A stretch of DNA of 63,890 nucleotides, the filler included, from Octopus bimaculoides (Eukaryota): NCBI RefSeq assembly GCF_001194135.2. It is 5 parts of 5 records of this genome, joined end to end, with 100 filler letters (N's around TTAATTAATTAA, not from the genome) between each part and the next. Parts side by side here need not be neighbours in the genome. Positions count along the whole stretch, not along the records: positions 13,050 to 27,457 come from NC_068996.1; positions 27,558 to 40,600 come from NC_068983.1; 3 more parts are not named here. One strand, written 5' to 3'. Made by a program: the position numbers and the translations under genes. Below, piece after piece: positions 24,412 through 36,844 of the stretch (positions are counted from its first letter, which is position 1; every line of letters starts with the position of its first letter). The notes beneath the pieces were generated by a model. It was given only the letters and a program-made list of their open reading frames with translations. It was not told where the DNA came from and did no database searches.

Positions 24412-25486
24412 TACATATACATATATATAATTTTAAGTTTCTAAGTTCAAATACTGTAAAAATAAACGACCAACCAAGTCTGGGGTTAATTTAATTGAGT
24501 TTCTACTAAAAGATAAGGCAAAAATCTTTATTTGATCATGAAAAGATAGGTTGTATAAAACAAAAATAAAATAGAATAAAGCAAAAAGAAAAAAAAAGAG
24601 AAAGAAAAATCAATGTCTTTTCATGTTTAAACAAAAGAGTTTAACTGAAAATACACTGTCCTTCAAATTTGTTGGCATTTAGACCCAAGATAGTTTTAAC
24701 CAAGTAAGCCCATGATCAAAGATTTTCCAACTATGACCATTCTCTCTGTCTCTCTCTCTCTGTCTTCGGAGAAATGTATTTAAGAACACATTTGCCAATG
24801 TGTTACTCTTTTAAAACTGAAGATACGGTTTGAAAGAAATTTAACTACAATTTCTAGCAGATCAAGCAACCATAGTGAGGCCACCCTTTAATTGGAGCAG
24901 GTGTATATTTTATGTGAGATATGGCTATGAGGTTAAGAAGTTAATTTTGTAATCCTGTTTTGTAATTTCCATGGATGGAAATATGATAGATATGTAAAAA
25001 AGCTTGTTTTGTAAGTTTTCATATGTGTTTATATATTTATATATTTATATTTATAGGACAAATTTAATTGTCACTAAGTGTGACTCAGGGTGTAAGAAGA
25101 GCTCAAGATATACTGACAGGGGAGGTAACCAACCCACATACATTTTATATATATAGATATATATATATATCCATGTATGTATGAATGATAGAAAATGGAA
25201 TGAATGACATTCTTCAGTTAAAACCACTACAATTGTTTCAACACATTTTATACTCTTGTACATTAGTGAGATGTTGTGAAATCATTCTCATACATTAAGG
25301 TAAAATTCACCTCCTCAAGTGACTGTTTGAGTCAGCCATTTGTTAGATATTTTCATCTTTTCACTCAGTGTGTGAATGCATGCCCAAAGTGATGAGTCAT
25401 TTTCAACATAGACAAGCATGTATATGTATATATATGTATGTAAGCTTGTATATGTATGTGTGTTTATGTATTTATGTATGTATACC

Positions 25487-25640
25487 ATTATTCAGTTTTA
25501 TTTCAAAATTTCTTGTCAGTTTCTAACCCAGATTCAAGGCTCCTTCATTGGAACTTCAACAACATTCAACAGGGGATTTTTGTATGCATGTATATATGTA
25601 TGTTTTGTTTTATGTATGTATTCTCATGTATATACTTGCA
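25487..25640 (-). mobile_element. 3' UTR fragment of the R4/Dong-like LINE family
   Basis: Reverse complement aligns to 57840-58050 (ttcagttttatttcaa..tttctaac..gat.caaggctc..tcattggaa.ttcaac). Confidence 0.75.
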
Positions 25641-26094
25641 TATTTAGATATGTTCATATATGTAAGTATGTATGCATGTATGTGTGTATGTATGTATGTA
25701 TGTGCGTGTATGCATGCATGTATGTATGTATGTATGTATGTATGCATGTGTAAGTATATTTTAAATAGTTCAGGCGTCAGTGAATAAATGAGCAACCGTA
25801 CTAAGCCTGCCTGGTAGGGTTGCTGAGGATGGTTTCTTTTAGGACACCCTACAGAATGCAAAACAAAATCTGTCACAGGGCGAAGAAAAACAGTAGAATC
25901 AAGAGCTGTCCGATAGTTGGGATTGAAAAAAACCCTATTCTTTGCTTAGATATCTCTCTAGGACAGCAGCTCTTAACAAGGGTTCATATGACTCTTAGTG
26001 GTGTACATAAGATCTCAAGGGCCTCATGCAAAAATGAAAGAGAAAATTGAGGATTCACAATAGTAATTTAAAGATAAATTTTGCTTTCATAGTA

Positions 26095-26772
26095 AGAAAC
26101 AACTAATTTTCTTTTTCTAATGTTTTACATAGTTTCACATATTTCCAGCCACCGGAACATGTTCTCTCAAAGAGTTCTATTGCAAATGTGCACAAGTGAA
26201 TAGTGAAAAACAAAACAAAAATTTTGAAAGAAGTTTCTATAAGACTAATTTTTAAACATCGAATGACTTTGGGGGTCCACCAGAATAAAATAGTAATGAA
26301 AGGGGTCCATAGATAAAAAATGGTTGAGAACCCCTGCTTTAGATGTATATATTTCATGAAACAGCTTAGTTTCTTTCTCTAGCATTTTACACAGTTCAAC
26401 CTAAACAAGTTAATGGGTGAAAAACAAAATAGAAATTTTGAAAGAAGTTTCTATAAAACTAGTTTTTAAACATCAAATGGCTTTGAGGGTCCACCAGAAT
26501 AAAATAATAATCAAAGTGGTCCATAGATGAAAAAAGGTTGAGAACCTTAGATGTATGTATTGGTATTTATTGCAAGAAACAGCTAGGTTTCTTTCTCTAA
26601 CATTTTACATGGTGGTTCAAATTACACAAGTCGATGTGTGAGAAACAAAATAGAAATTTTGAAAGAAGTGTGTATAAAACTAGTTTTTAAACATCAAATG
26701 GCTTTGGGGGTCCACCAGAATAGAATAGCAAATAAAGGGGTCCAGAAATAGAAAATGGTTGAGAACCTCTAC
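26095..26772 (+). mobile_element. Three tandem right-end segments (~200-240 bp) of a hAT-like non-autonomous element
   Basis: Each unit contains ttttgaaagaagt..tttttaaacatc..ggtccaccagaata..ggtcca..ggttgagaacc. Unit 1 ends GGTTGAGAACCCCTG (reverse complement CAGGGGTTCTCAACC, a hAT-style TIR). Confidence 0.75.
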
Positions 26773-27800
26773 TCTAGGAGAAGGCAAACACTGATATAAA
26801 ACCTGCAAGTTTGTTTGCGTCCAATAATGTTGACCAGTTCTTTTTGGACAAATGCCCATGTTATTCAGAGAGTAAAATTGGTCCTAGCAAGGTCTTTTCT
26901 TACTTTAAAAAGCTTCAAAATCTGGCATTGCTTGATTTATTTTTTCAACACCTATAATATATATTGCAACAATGGCTGACAATAGCTGACAAAATCAAAA
27001 ACACTCACTGAAAAATCACCCTTTGTCAAGGTGCTGTACTGTGGGAATGAAACTAATACCACATGTTTGTGAAGCAGGTTTCTTAACCATGGAGCGAAGT
27101 TGTAGAAATCCTACTGAAATGGGAATCTTTTCAATAAACAGGATATTTAATATCTGCAAAGTCCCAAAGAGATCACAAAGGTTAAGAGCGTAACATTGGT
27201 TTACTTGGTATTGAGTGGGTAAGAGATAATATTCTCTTGTGGGGGGAGGGTATATTATAAATGACATTCCTGGAAGATCTGGAACCAGTTCCTGATAGGC
27301 AAAACCGAAATGAGTTAGAATGAAGTGTGTTACTGCCTACACACACATGCATAGAGACAGACAGATACATACATACATGAGAACATACAAATACAAATAT
27401 ACATACACATATATGCATGCTTACACATACACGCACAAATACATACGTACGTACATANNNNNNNNNNNNNNNNNNNNNNNNNNNNNNNNNNNNNNNNNNN
27501 NTTAATTAATTAANNNNNNNNNNNNNNNNNNNNNNNNNNNNNNNNNNNNNNNNNNNNAGAGAGAGAGAGAAAGAAAGAAACAGAGAGCGAGAAAGAAAAT
27601 CGTAAATTACAGAGAAATAGTTTGATGAAATTTTATTTAACAATAAGTACATCAAATTGTTTTATAACTTGAAAACATGTGAATGAATTATATTATGTTT
27701 AATAATAAATAAATTAGTTACATTTCTGCATTAATGCAAAATGAAAACAAATCCTTCAAAGTAATGTAAAAATCAAGCCTCACCTCTTTCTCTTTCTCTC

Positions 27801-27835
<35 letters not shown>

Positions 27836-28737
27836 ACGCGCATTATTTGTGGCAAATGCTCTTTGGAACCGACCGATGTACTCTTTTCAACCAGATTTGT
27901 TCAGCCCTACTCCGTCTCTCACTTATCATTTATACTCCCTTCAGATGTCTTGCACTTAGAGCGTAACCAAGGTTTTCCAACACAGAAATTCTTCCCTTGG
28001 GATTTCCATTTATGATACAAATTATTTGCATTAATATCTTATCTTGACGTTGTAATGAAGACTACAAGATCAACCATAACAAGCACACACTGAGTGTACG
28101 TAATGTGCCTAAGTACATAGGAAGACGGGAAAATAACCACCGCCACATTAGTTGTGCTTCTTAGTAACCCACAAGCAGGGGAGTAACTGTCATATCTGTT
28201 CTGTTTGAGTATATCAACGAAAGCGCCCAAGTAGTATTTGTACGATATTCTATTTAGATATGGTGTTCCTAACAGCATATTATCAACTTTTCTCTTCCTT
28301 CTTTTCAAGGTCTCTATGGATTTAAAGTAGATTTTACACTTAAACGTATCTGCATTAGTGAACACATAAACCCAAAACCCTTGATTAATTTCCCATACAT
28401 CTAACACAAAAGAATAAATGCCAAAGTCAAGACACATTTACCTTTCTGACAGCGTTTTGCGTTTCAAACTTCTAAATCATTACGCGCACTATAATCTAAT
28501 TAGGTTGCTTTTCCCCTTTTTCTTTTGTGCACGCTATTTGTGCGCTTGCGCATATCATCCAACTCATTATTATTATTTTCAGGTTTATTTAATTCACTTT
28601 ACTTTTTCTTTCTTCTCAGAAATAATTTCTAATTTCTCACATTGCATTATTGCTTAACTTCTAGTTTTTAACTTAAGTTCCAGCGAGTGTGTATATGAAC
28701 GTATCTGTCATTGTCAAACGTTTGTTTTCTGTGAATT

Positions 28738-28771
<34 letters not shown>

Positions 28772-29040
28772 TGCATGAATGCATGAATGCATTTATGTAT
28801 GTGTGTATGTATGTATGTATGCATGTATGTGTGTGTATGAAAGTATGAGCTTTCAATTTACTTGGCTATCTCATGAAGTGAGGGTACTAATGTTTAGTTG
28901 TATTATTTTGTTTAATTTCAGCTTAACTAAGCTATAGTTTTTTTTCCTTGCAATCTTATGAATATTCTTCTGTCAATGTGTGTATGTGCAAGGACGTCGA
29001 ATGTAAGTATATGTAAATATATATATATATGAATATATAA

Positions 29041-29146
29041 ATGTGTGTATATATATATGCTTATATATATATATTTATATACACCTGTTTATGTAAATAT
29101 TTGCATGTATATACTTATACATATGTGTGTCTATATATATATATAT

Positions 29147-29197
<51 letters not shown>

Positions 29198-29385
29198 CAT
29201 ACACACACATGTATATATATACGTATACATACACATACATGTATATATATACACATACATACATATACATGTATATCCATACACACACAGACATACACAT
29301 ATATACATATTTATATGCACACAAGTAACTTCTTATATGCATACACACTAGAAAAATATCTACACACACACAGACACACACATAC
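29041..29385. repeat. Long compound (TA)n/(TACA)n/(CA)n tract
   Basis: Directly visible; source of several spurious Y/I/H/T-rich ORFs. Confidence 0.9.
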
Positions 29386-30094
29386 ACACATTTTATATTA
29401 TTGCGGTTTTAAAATGTGTTTAAATTTGTTTATATGTTTGTTTAATATATTATATATGTCTTCCCTGATTATATTAGGTTTCCACGTAGGCACGTAGAGA
29501 ATGTTTTTCTTAACTAGACATCATCTTGAATGTAATTACAGAACAATAACTTTCATATACATACCAAAAACCATACAAAAGATAAAGCTCTAGTTAGAAC
29601 TGGAGACAATATAGTTCTTTTTAACACCTTTCTAGACTTAGTTAAATTTTTCTCGTTATTTCGACAAGTTCAGAAGTGTATGAAAGACTAGCAACAACAC
29701 AAATGAAGCTTACAAAACCAACCGACAGCAATGGAGTCAACAACAAAGAAGAAACTGCTATACGAATAACAATTATTTTACAAGTGCAAGCGATAACGTT
29801 AATATTCGTGTTGCTGCTGTTGCGACTACAACTACTACGAATGCCGTATGTATGTACGTATGTATGTATGTATGTATGTATGTATGTATGCATGTATGTA
29901 TGTATGCATGTGTGTACGTATGTATGTATGCATGTATGTATGTATGTATGTATGAGTGTGTATGTATGTATGTTTGTATGTAGGTATGTACGTATGTATG
30001 CGTTACTGAATGAATGTATGTATATGCGTGCGAACGGTCTTTTTTTATACGATGCAGTATTTCACAATCGTGTAAATAATAACTATCGTGTTTT

Positions 30095-30285
30095 TGGTGA
30101 TCACGGTGCAATGACTGAGGAAAATATTATAATAAAGGAGCATATAAGCCCACGACATAAAAAAAGAAGGGTTTCTTATACGCGTGGGACTCGAAACCAT
30201 ATCCTCTTGTTAACGCGACTAAGTTTGTTACCTTCACATCAATGAATTCGCCTTCTTTTCGTCAGTCATTGCACGGTGATCACCA
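30095..30285. mobile_element. MITE-like element, ~30-bp TIRs, tRNA-like interior
   Basis: Left tggtgatcacGgtgcaatgactgaGgaaaa vs right reverse complement tggtgatcacCgtgcaatgactgaCgaaaa (2 mismatches in 30). Confidence 0.75.
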
Positions 30286-31067
30286 TAAGCTCTAAGCTTA
30301 TATAAAGTTACCATTATATATATATATATATATATATATATGCATACATACATATGAGTGTGTGCATGTGTGTATATATGTATATATATTCACGTTAGTA
30401 TTAAACGCTGAGAATGAGTGCTGAATACCGCACTGGCAGATAAATATTTATTTGTGGGTTAGGTAGCATCCCTGACTTCTTTTGAAGACTAATTTTATCA
30501 ATTTAAATCTGGACAAATTTTATCATAAAAATTCATTTCAGCTGTTCGTCCATAATGTTATATATGATATTTAATGTAAAGGAAATAACGAGGATTACGT
30601 TGGTCAAGTTAAACTTACTCTCAGAAATAGAGCGACTATTCATCGTCAGCAAATACGTGACCCGAGTACTAAGCAGAACACAGCAGGTTCATTGACATAT
30701 GTGCAAAATATGTACCCCAGATTTCAAGTCAATACCACAGGTGGAACACGAACGAAGAGAAGCTAAAAATATATATTCATACAAAAATATAAACCACGAC
30801 TGAATAAACTTTAACAAAGTATATTCAACAACAACTCCTCACACACAAACACTTTCTGTCACTTAACATTTCGAACTCACATAATCAGCAACGTTAATTT
30901 TGGGCACGATCATGACGTTTTCTCGCATGACTTTAACGCCCGAGTTTAAATGGAGAACAAAATTTCATCCCAACACACACACATACAAATAATATTCGTT
31001 CAGCTGTTAGGTATCTTAAACTTACAATCATTCAGTGTTTTTACTTTCAATTGTCCCATGTTTTCAA

Positions 31068-31280
31068 GCGGTGAGCTGGCGCAGAAATGTTTGCACGCCG
31101 GGCGAAATGCTTAACAATATTTCGCCTGTCTTTACGTTCTGAGTTTAAATTCCGCAGATGTTGACTTTGCTTTTCATCCTTTCGGGGTTGATAAATTAAG
31201 TACGACTTGCGTACTGGGGTCGATCTAATCGACTGGCCCCCTCTCCCTAAATTTCGGGTCTTGTACCTAGAGTAGGAACG
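31068..31280 (+). mobile_element. tRNA-derived SINE, near full length
   Basis: gcggtgagctggc..gcacgccgggcgaaatgctta..ctgagtttaaattccgc..ctttcggggttgataaattaagtac..tactggggtcgatctaatcgactggccccct..ttgtacctagagtag. Confidence 0.85.
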
Positions 31281-31813
31281 AAACGAATTGTCTCATGCTT
31301 TGCTAGACACGTTCAGTCAATGATGTCGGCCTTAAATTTCGGAGCAAAATATATTGTCACATGATATTAACACACGGAAAATAGCGGGGAAACTTAAACT
31401 TAGAAAGATTTTCACGTGGTGATTCTCTACCAGTCAAATCGTGTACTTAACACTTTAATTTGAGATACGTTCTCTCTGTAACAACAAGGAAGTTTTCGAA
31501 TTCCAGCCAGAAGAAAGACAGTTATGGAATAACCCCATGGCATTTTATTCTGCTTGCTTTTGAAAATCAGGGAAACCTGTGAAACCGGTTAAGCTATTAG
31601 AAATAAACTATTTAAAAGTCTCTGCATTTTCAACTTATTCTATTTTTCTCTCCGTGTGGAGTAAAAAAATCTTCCTATATATAAATATATACATATATTA
31701 GTACATAAGTGTATAAGTGTACATTCACACACACATACGTACATAGACACACAGACACCAAAACAAAGACACACACACACACACACATACACACACGCAC
31801 ACATACACACACA

Positions 31814-31847
<34 letters not shown>

Positions 31848-32292
31848 NNNNNNNNNNNNNNNNNNNNNNNNNNNNNNNNNNNNNNNNNNNNNNNNNNNNN
31901 NNNNNNNNNNNNNNNNNNNNNNNNNNNNNNNNNNNNNNNNNNNNNNNNNNNNNNNNNNNNNNNNNNNNNNNNNNNNNNNNNNNNNNNNNNNNNNNNNNNN
32001 NNNNNNNNNNNNNNNNNNNNNNNNNNNNNNNNNNNNNNNNNNNNNNNNNNNNNNNNNNNNNNNNNNNNNNNNNNNNNNNNNNNNNNNNNNNNNNNNNNNN
32101 NNNNNNNNNNNNNNNNNNNNNNNNNNNNNNNNNNNNNNNNNNNNNNNNNNNNNNNNNNNNNNNNNNNNNNNNNNNNNNNNNNNNNNNNNNNNNNNNNNNN
32201 NNNNNNNNNNNNNNNNNNNNNNNNNNNNNNNNNNNNNNNNNNNNNNNNNNNNNNNNNNNNNNNNNNNNNNNNNNNNNNNNNNNNNNNNNNNN

Positions 32293-32333
<41 letters not shown>

Positions 32334-32978
32334 AATATATTATATATATAATATATAGATACATATTATATATATATGTATATATTATATATATATATAT
32401 ACATATGAATAAATATATATATATATACACACATACATATATGCATATAAACGAAAATATGTGTATATGCACACACACATAATATATGTAAACACATACA
32501 CACATATACATGTAGATATATATATAATGTATATATTCGCACTTGATATAGACTTCAATATCTAAATGCGTTTAATAGATTCATAGATTCCGCGTTTTAC
32601 TTTAAAGTTAGATTTCAGCAATTAATTGCATGAATGAAATATGTTTTAATGATTCACCAATCCAGGGCATTGATTCTGTTTATTAACAAGAGACAAGAGT
32701 CCAGAAATGTAACTTCATTATATTTCGAATACATAGCTTTTTAAAAATGATAATCATTTGCTGTTCTGTGGAGGTGGAATCACTAACAATTATTCAGAAT
32801 AAGATACTAGCCTGTCATGCAGGCTGTGGTGTGGCGAAAATGTTCATTTTGCAACCGAGTGGCATCCAATTTTGTCCCACATAGATTGGTATCTTGAGTT
32901 TGTATCTTGTACTATAATCCGGAACGAGGAACGATCTGTGTGTGAATTTGGTAAATAGCTACAAAGCGCAGACCTGTC

Positions 32979-33018
<40 letters not shown>

Positions 33019-33664
33019 NNNNNNNNNNNNNNNNNNNNNNNNNNNNNNNNNNNNNNNNNNNNNNNNNNNNNNNNNNNNNNNNNNNNNNNNNNNNNNNNNN
33101 NNNNNNNNNNNNNNNNNNNNNNNNNNNNNNNNNNNNNNNNNNNNNNNNNNNNNNNNNNNNNNNNNNNNNNNNNNNNNNNNNNNNNNNNNNNNNNNNNNNN
33201 NNNNNNNNNNNNNNNNNNNNNNNNNNNNNNNNNNNNNNNNNNNNNNNNNNNNNNNNNNNNNNNNNNNNNNNNNNNNNNNNNNNNNNNNNNNNNNNNNNNN
33301 NNNNNNNNNNNNNNNNNNNNNNNNNNNNNNNNNNNNNNNNNNNNNNNNNNNNNNNNNNNNNNNNNNNNNNNNNNNNNNNNNNNNNNNNNNNNNNNNNNNN
33401 NNNNNNNNNNNNNNNNNNNNNNNNNNNNNNNNNNNNNNNNNNNNNNNNNNNNNNNNNNNNNNNNNNNNNNNNNNNNNNNNNNNNNNNNNNNNNNNNNNNN
33501 NNNNNNNNNNNNNNNNNNNNNNNNNNNNNNNNNNNNNNNNNNNNNNNNNNNNNNNNNNNNNNNNNNNNNNNNNNNNNNNNNNNNNNNNNNNNNNNNNNNN
33601 NNNNNNNNNNNNNNNNNNNNNNNNNNNNNNNNNNNNNNNNNNNNNNNNNNNNNNNNNNNNNNNN

Positions 33665-33697
<33 letters not shown>

Positions 33698-33807
33698 ATG
33701 TATACAAATATACGTGCGCATGTGTGTGTATGCCTCTGCATGTGGGTGGGTGTGCGCGCATGCGTGTGTTTGTGTGTATGCGTGTACTTTCACTGTAGAG
33801 TATCAGA

Positions 33808-33950
33808 TTCTGATTGGTGTGTAACTTTAGCGACGTCATGTATTTTTCTGAGGAACGTTGTTCAAATTTACGAAAATGCAGTATTTTCGTTGGATGACGT
33901 CTTGGCGACGTTATTTCTTTGAGAAACGTTTTCGTACCTTGCTGACGCGA
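33808..33950. promoter_or_regulatory. Candidate cis-regulatory cluster (inverted CCAAT plus CRE-like sites)
   Basis: ATTGG at ~33813, CGACGTCA at 33831, TGACGT at 33895, GCGACGTT at 33905, TGACG at 33943, in locally CpG-rich unique sequence. Confidence 0.3.
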
Positions 33951-34235
33951 AATCATTTGTTGTATTTTCGCTTTCATTGTGTTTGTCTTTATAAATATGA
34001 CAGAAAATTCTCTGCTTGCTTGTGGGGAGCAATGACTAGCAGAAAGCTATATAGAAACAAACTCAGACAACATACATTACACACATACATATATACATGT
34101 ATACATGCACACATACATACATGCATACACACACTCACACACTCATTCATACGTACTTACACACATACATAGGTAACCATACGGACTTACGTACAAACAC
34201 ACTGTGTCAGAAGTACTAGGCTTATGCAGTTTTAT

Positions 34236-34617
34236 GGAGGCGCAATGGTCCAGTGGTTAGGGCAGCGGACTCGCGGCCGTAGGATCGCGGTTCTGATTCC
34301 CAGACTGGGCGTTGTGAGTGTTTATTGAGCGAAAATACCTAAAGCTCCATGAGGGTCCGGCAGAGGATGGTGGCGAACCCTGCTGTACTCTTTCACCACA
34401 ACTTTCTCTCACTCTTACTTCCTGTTTCTGTTGTGCCTGTAATTCAAAGGTTCAGCCTTGTCACACTGTGTCACGCTGAATATCCCCGAGAACTACATTA
34501 AGGGTACACGTGTCTGTGGAGTGCTCAGTCACTTGCACGTTAATTTCATGAGCAGGCTGTTCCGTTGATCGGATCAACTGGAACCCTCGACGTCATAAGC
34601 AACGGAGTGCCAACAAC
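34236..34617 (+). mobile_element. tRNA-derived SINE, full length
   Basis: A-box tggtccagtggttagg and B-box-like ggttctgattccc; near-identical to 63585-63890. Confidence 0.9.
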
Positions 34618-34639
34618 ATGCAGATTAAGTCCTGTGTTC

Positions 34640-34720
34640 GAATCATTCGACTAAAACGTTCTTTATGGCAGTGCTCCAGCATGACTGTATTCAAGTGACT
34701 GAAACAAGTAACAGAATAAA
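34640..34720 (+). mobile_element. SINE 3' tail fragment
   Basis: gtgctccagcatgactgtattcaagtgactgaaacaagtaacagaataaa matches the tails at 47790-47842 and, reverse-complemented, at 36850 and 39000. Confidence 0.7.
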
Positions 34721-35281
34721 CGAATTAAATTATACATAAACAGACTTTGCAGTCAAACGAACTGTGATATCACTGCATAAATAGACATATATATGCATAT
34801 CTCTTTTTGAGTATACAAAAGCACAAAAGAACCACATGCGCACATGAACTACAATATCACTAAACACGCACACAGACTTACATTTTGAGAAACTATATAT
34901 ATACATATATTTAATATTCCTTGTAACCAACATGTAATCTGAATAGTTTCTTTGATCTTCTTCAAGCTGTTTCTTTGACCTTATATTCGCCATTTTATGC
35001 GTCAGTACTTGTGATTCTCATTTCTTGCTCTGATTTTCTCCTCGTACTTCACACTCCACTCACTCCAAATCATTTGAACATTTAAATAGCCGATCCAGTG
35101 ATAATTAAAACAGTGTTGTACAATAATATAAATCATACACACACACACACATATGGAGGTGTATGTTGTATCACTATGCATATAATGGTGGACATATGCA
35201 CACGTATACATATTGATTGAATAAATAGAAATATACACATAGACCAATAGCTATTGTTACATTATATATATATTTACAAAC

Positions 35282-35319
<38 letters not shown>

Positions 35320-35794
35320 NNNNNNNNNNNNNNNNNNNNNNNNNNNNNNNNNNNNNNNNNNNNNNNNNNNNNNNNNNNNNNNNNNNNNNNNNNNNNNNNN
35401 NNNNNNNNNNNNNNNNNNNNNNNNNNNNNNNNNNNNNNNNNNNNNNNNNNNNNNNNNNNNNNNNNNNNNNNNNNNNNNNNNNNNNNNNNNNNNNNNNNNN
35501 NNNNNNNNNNNNNNNNNNNNNNNNNNNNNNNNNNNNNNNNNNNNNNNNNNNNNNNNNNNNNNNNNNNNNNNNNNNNNNNNNNNNNNNNNNNNNNNNNNNN
35601 NNNNNNNNNNNNNNNNNNNNNNNNNNNNNNNNNNNNNNNNNNNNNNNNNNNNNNNNNNNNNNNNNNNNNNNNNNNNNNNNNNNNNNNNNNNNNNNNNNNN
35701 NNNNNNNNNNNNNNNNNNNNNNNNNNNNNNNNNNNNNNNNNNNNNNNNNNNNNNNNNNNNNNNNNNNNNNNNNNNNNNNNNNNNNNNNNNNNNN

Positions 35795-36800
35795 NTATAT
35801 ATATATTAACCATGCAAAGAATATAGGCATTTAAGCACAGCGTGAAACAAAACCAAACATCATATGACATCTCAATATACTACCTTATATATTAACTCAC
35901 AACCCTACAAACAATGAAGCATATAACACTATTGTACAAAATCTACCGATGCTTGCAACGAATCCAAAAATGAACAACATTCTAAAAACAAATTCGTCAA
36001 ATATAAAAAGTTGCCCAAATCACTGAAAAGACGTCTAACAAATGCCAAGCTTTACACAACAACCACCAAACCAATGTGGACGTCCGAATTGTGGGATATT
36101 CCCCAACCTATTGGAAGGTTCAGAATTCCAATTCAAACAAGGAGAGGGGATCACAATTAAGAACAACTTCACTTGTGCACTCGAGAATTTAATTTATGCT
36201 ATAACTTGCTCAGGTTGTGGACACAGCTATATAGGGCAGGCAAGTAAGTCACTTAGTCGGAGAACCATACTTCATAACGAACAGATCCATTTCCCAAAGT
36301 ACAGATAGATGCTTTTGAGCGAACAAATACAGAGACGTAAAGGGAATCTTCAACCAAATTTCACAGTTTTCTGTCTGCTAATGCAAAGTAAAAATGTCTG
36401 TACATGAACGCTTAAATAAAGAAAATTTATTTATAAAAAATACAGAACACGCCTAAATGTGAACGCATAACCAACTTTGGTCTCAATATATATTTTGATT
36501 CATGATCACACAACCATAAATGTACATATTTAATCTGACTCATTTATTTTATGAGATTTGTATGTTTATTTGGCTCACCTCAAAAATGAGCAATTACCTT
36601 CCTTGTCGCAACTACCCTCCCTTAGAATTCTCTACTTATTGATTCATTCACAAACATTCATACAGGAACATGCGGACGTCTCGTGTATAGTTCTGCAATT
36701 TATATTGCCAAGACGATCATACTGAAGAGTTGCGGACAATTACGTAAGTAATTACGTAAGTGGTGTCAACGAAACCGGTCTATGATAAATCTTTATATTT
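35795..36800 (+). mobile_element. Penelope-like element 3' part (linker, GIY-YIG endonuclease, 3' UTR/pLTR)
   Basis: LPYILTHNPTNNEAYNTIVQNLP..KSLKRRLTNAK..CGRPNCG..NNFTCALENLIYAITCSGCGHSYIGQ..HNEQI..ERLNKENLFIK..RLN* (ends ~36470), followed by a hammerhead motif. Confidence 0.88.
36716..36786 (+). ncRNA. Type I minimal hammerhead ribozyme
   Basis: Stem I AUCAUA/UAUGAU; core CUGAAGA (36722-28); stem II GUUG/CAAC; GAAA (36771-74); palindromic stem III ACCGGU; cleavage triplet GUC, predicted cut after 36780. Confidence 0.85.
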
Positions 36801-36844
36801 TGTATTTTTTTCATTTGTCTTGCTTGTTTACGCTCTGGTGTTTA

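Noticed and set aside
26095-26772. Repeat array as CRISPR-like
   Set aside because: Eukaryotic context, ~200-bp degenerate units, no unique spacers and no cas genes.
28039-28437. 132-aa ORF with a hydrophobic C-terminus
   Set aside because: No family motif and no convincing splice boundaries.
34236-34310. tRNA gene-like sequences (also 63585, 16258, 47671)
   Set aside because: A/B boxes continue into SINE bodies with no acceptor stem or terminator; they are SINE heads, not tRNA genes.
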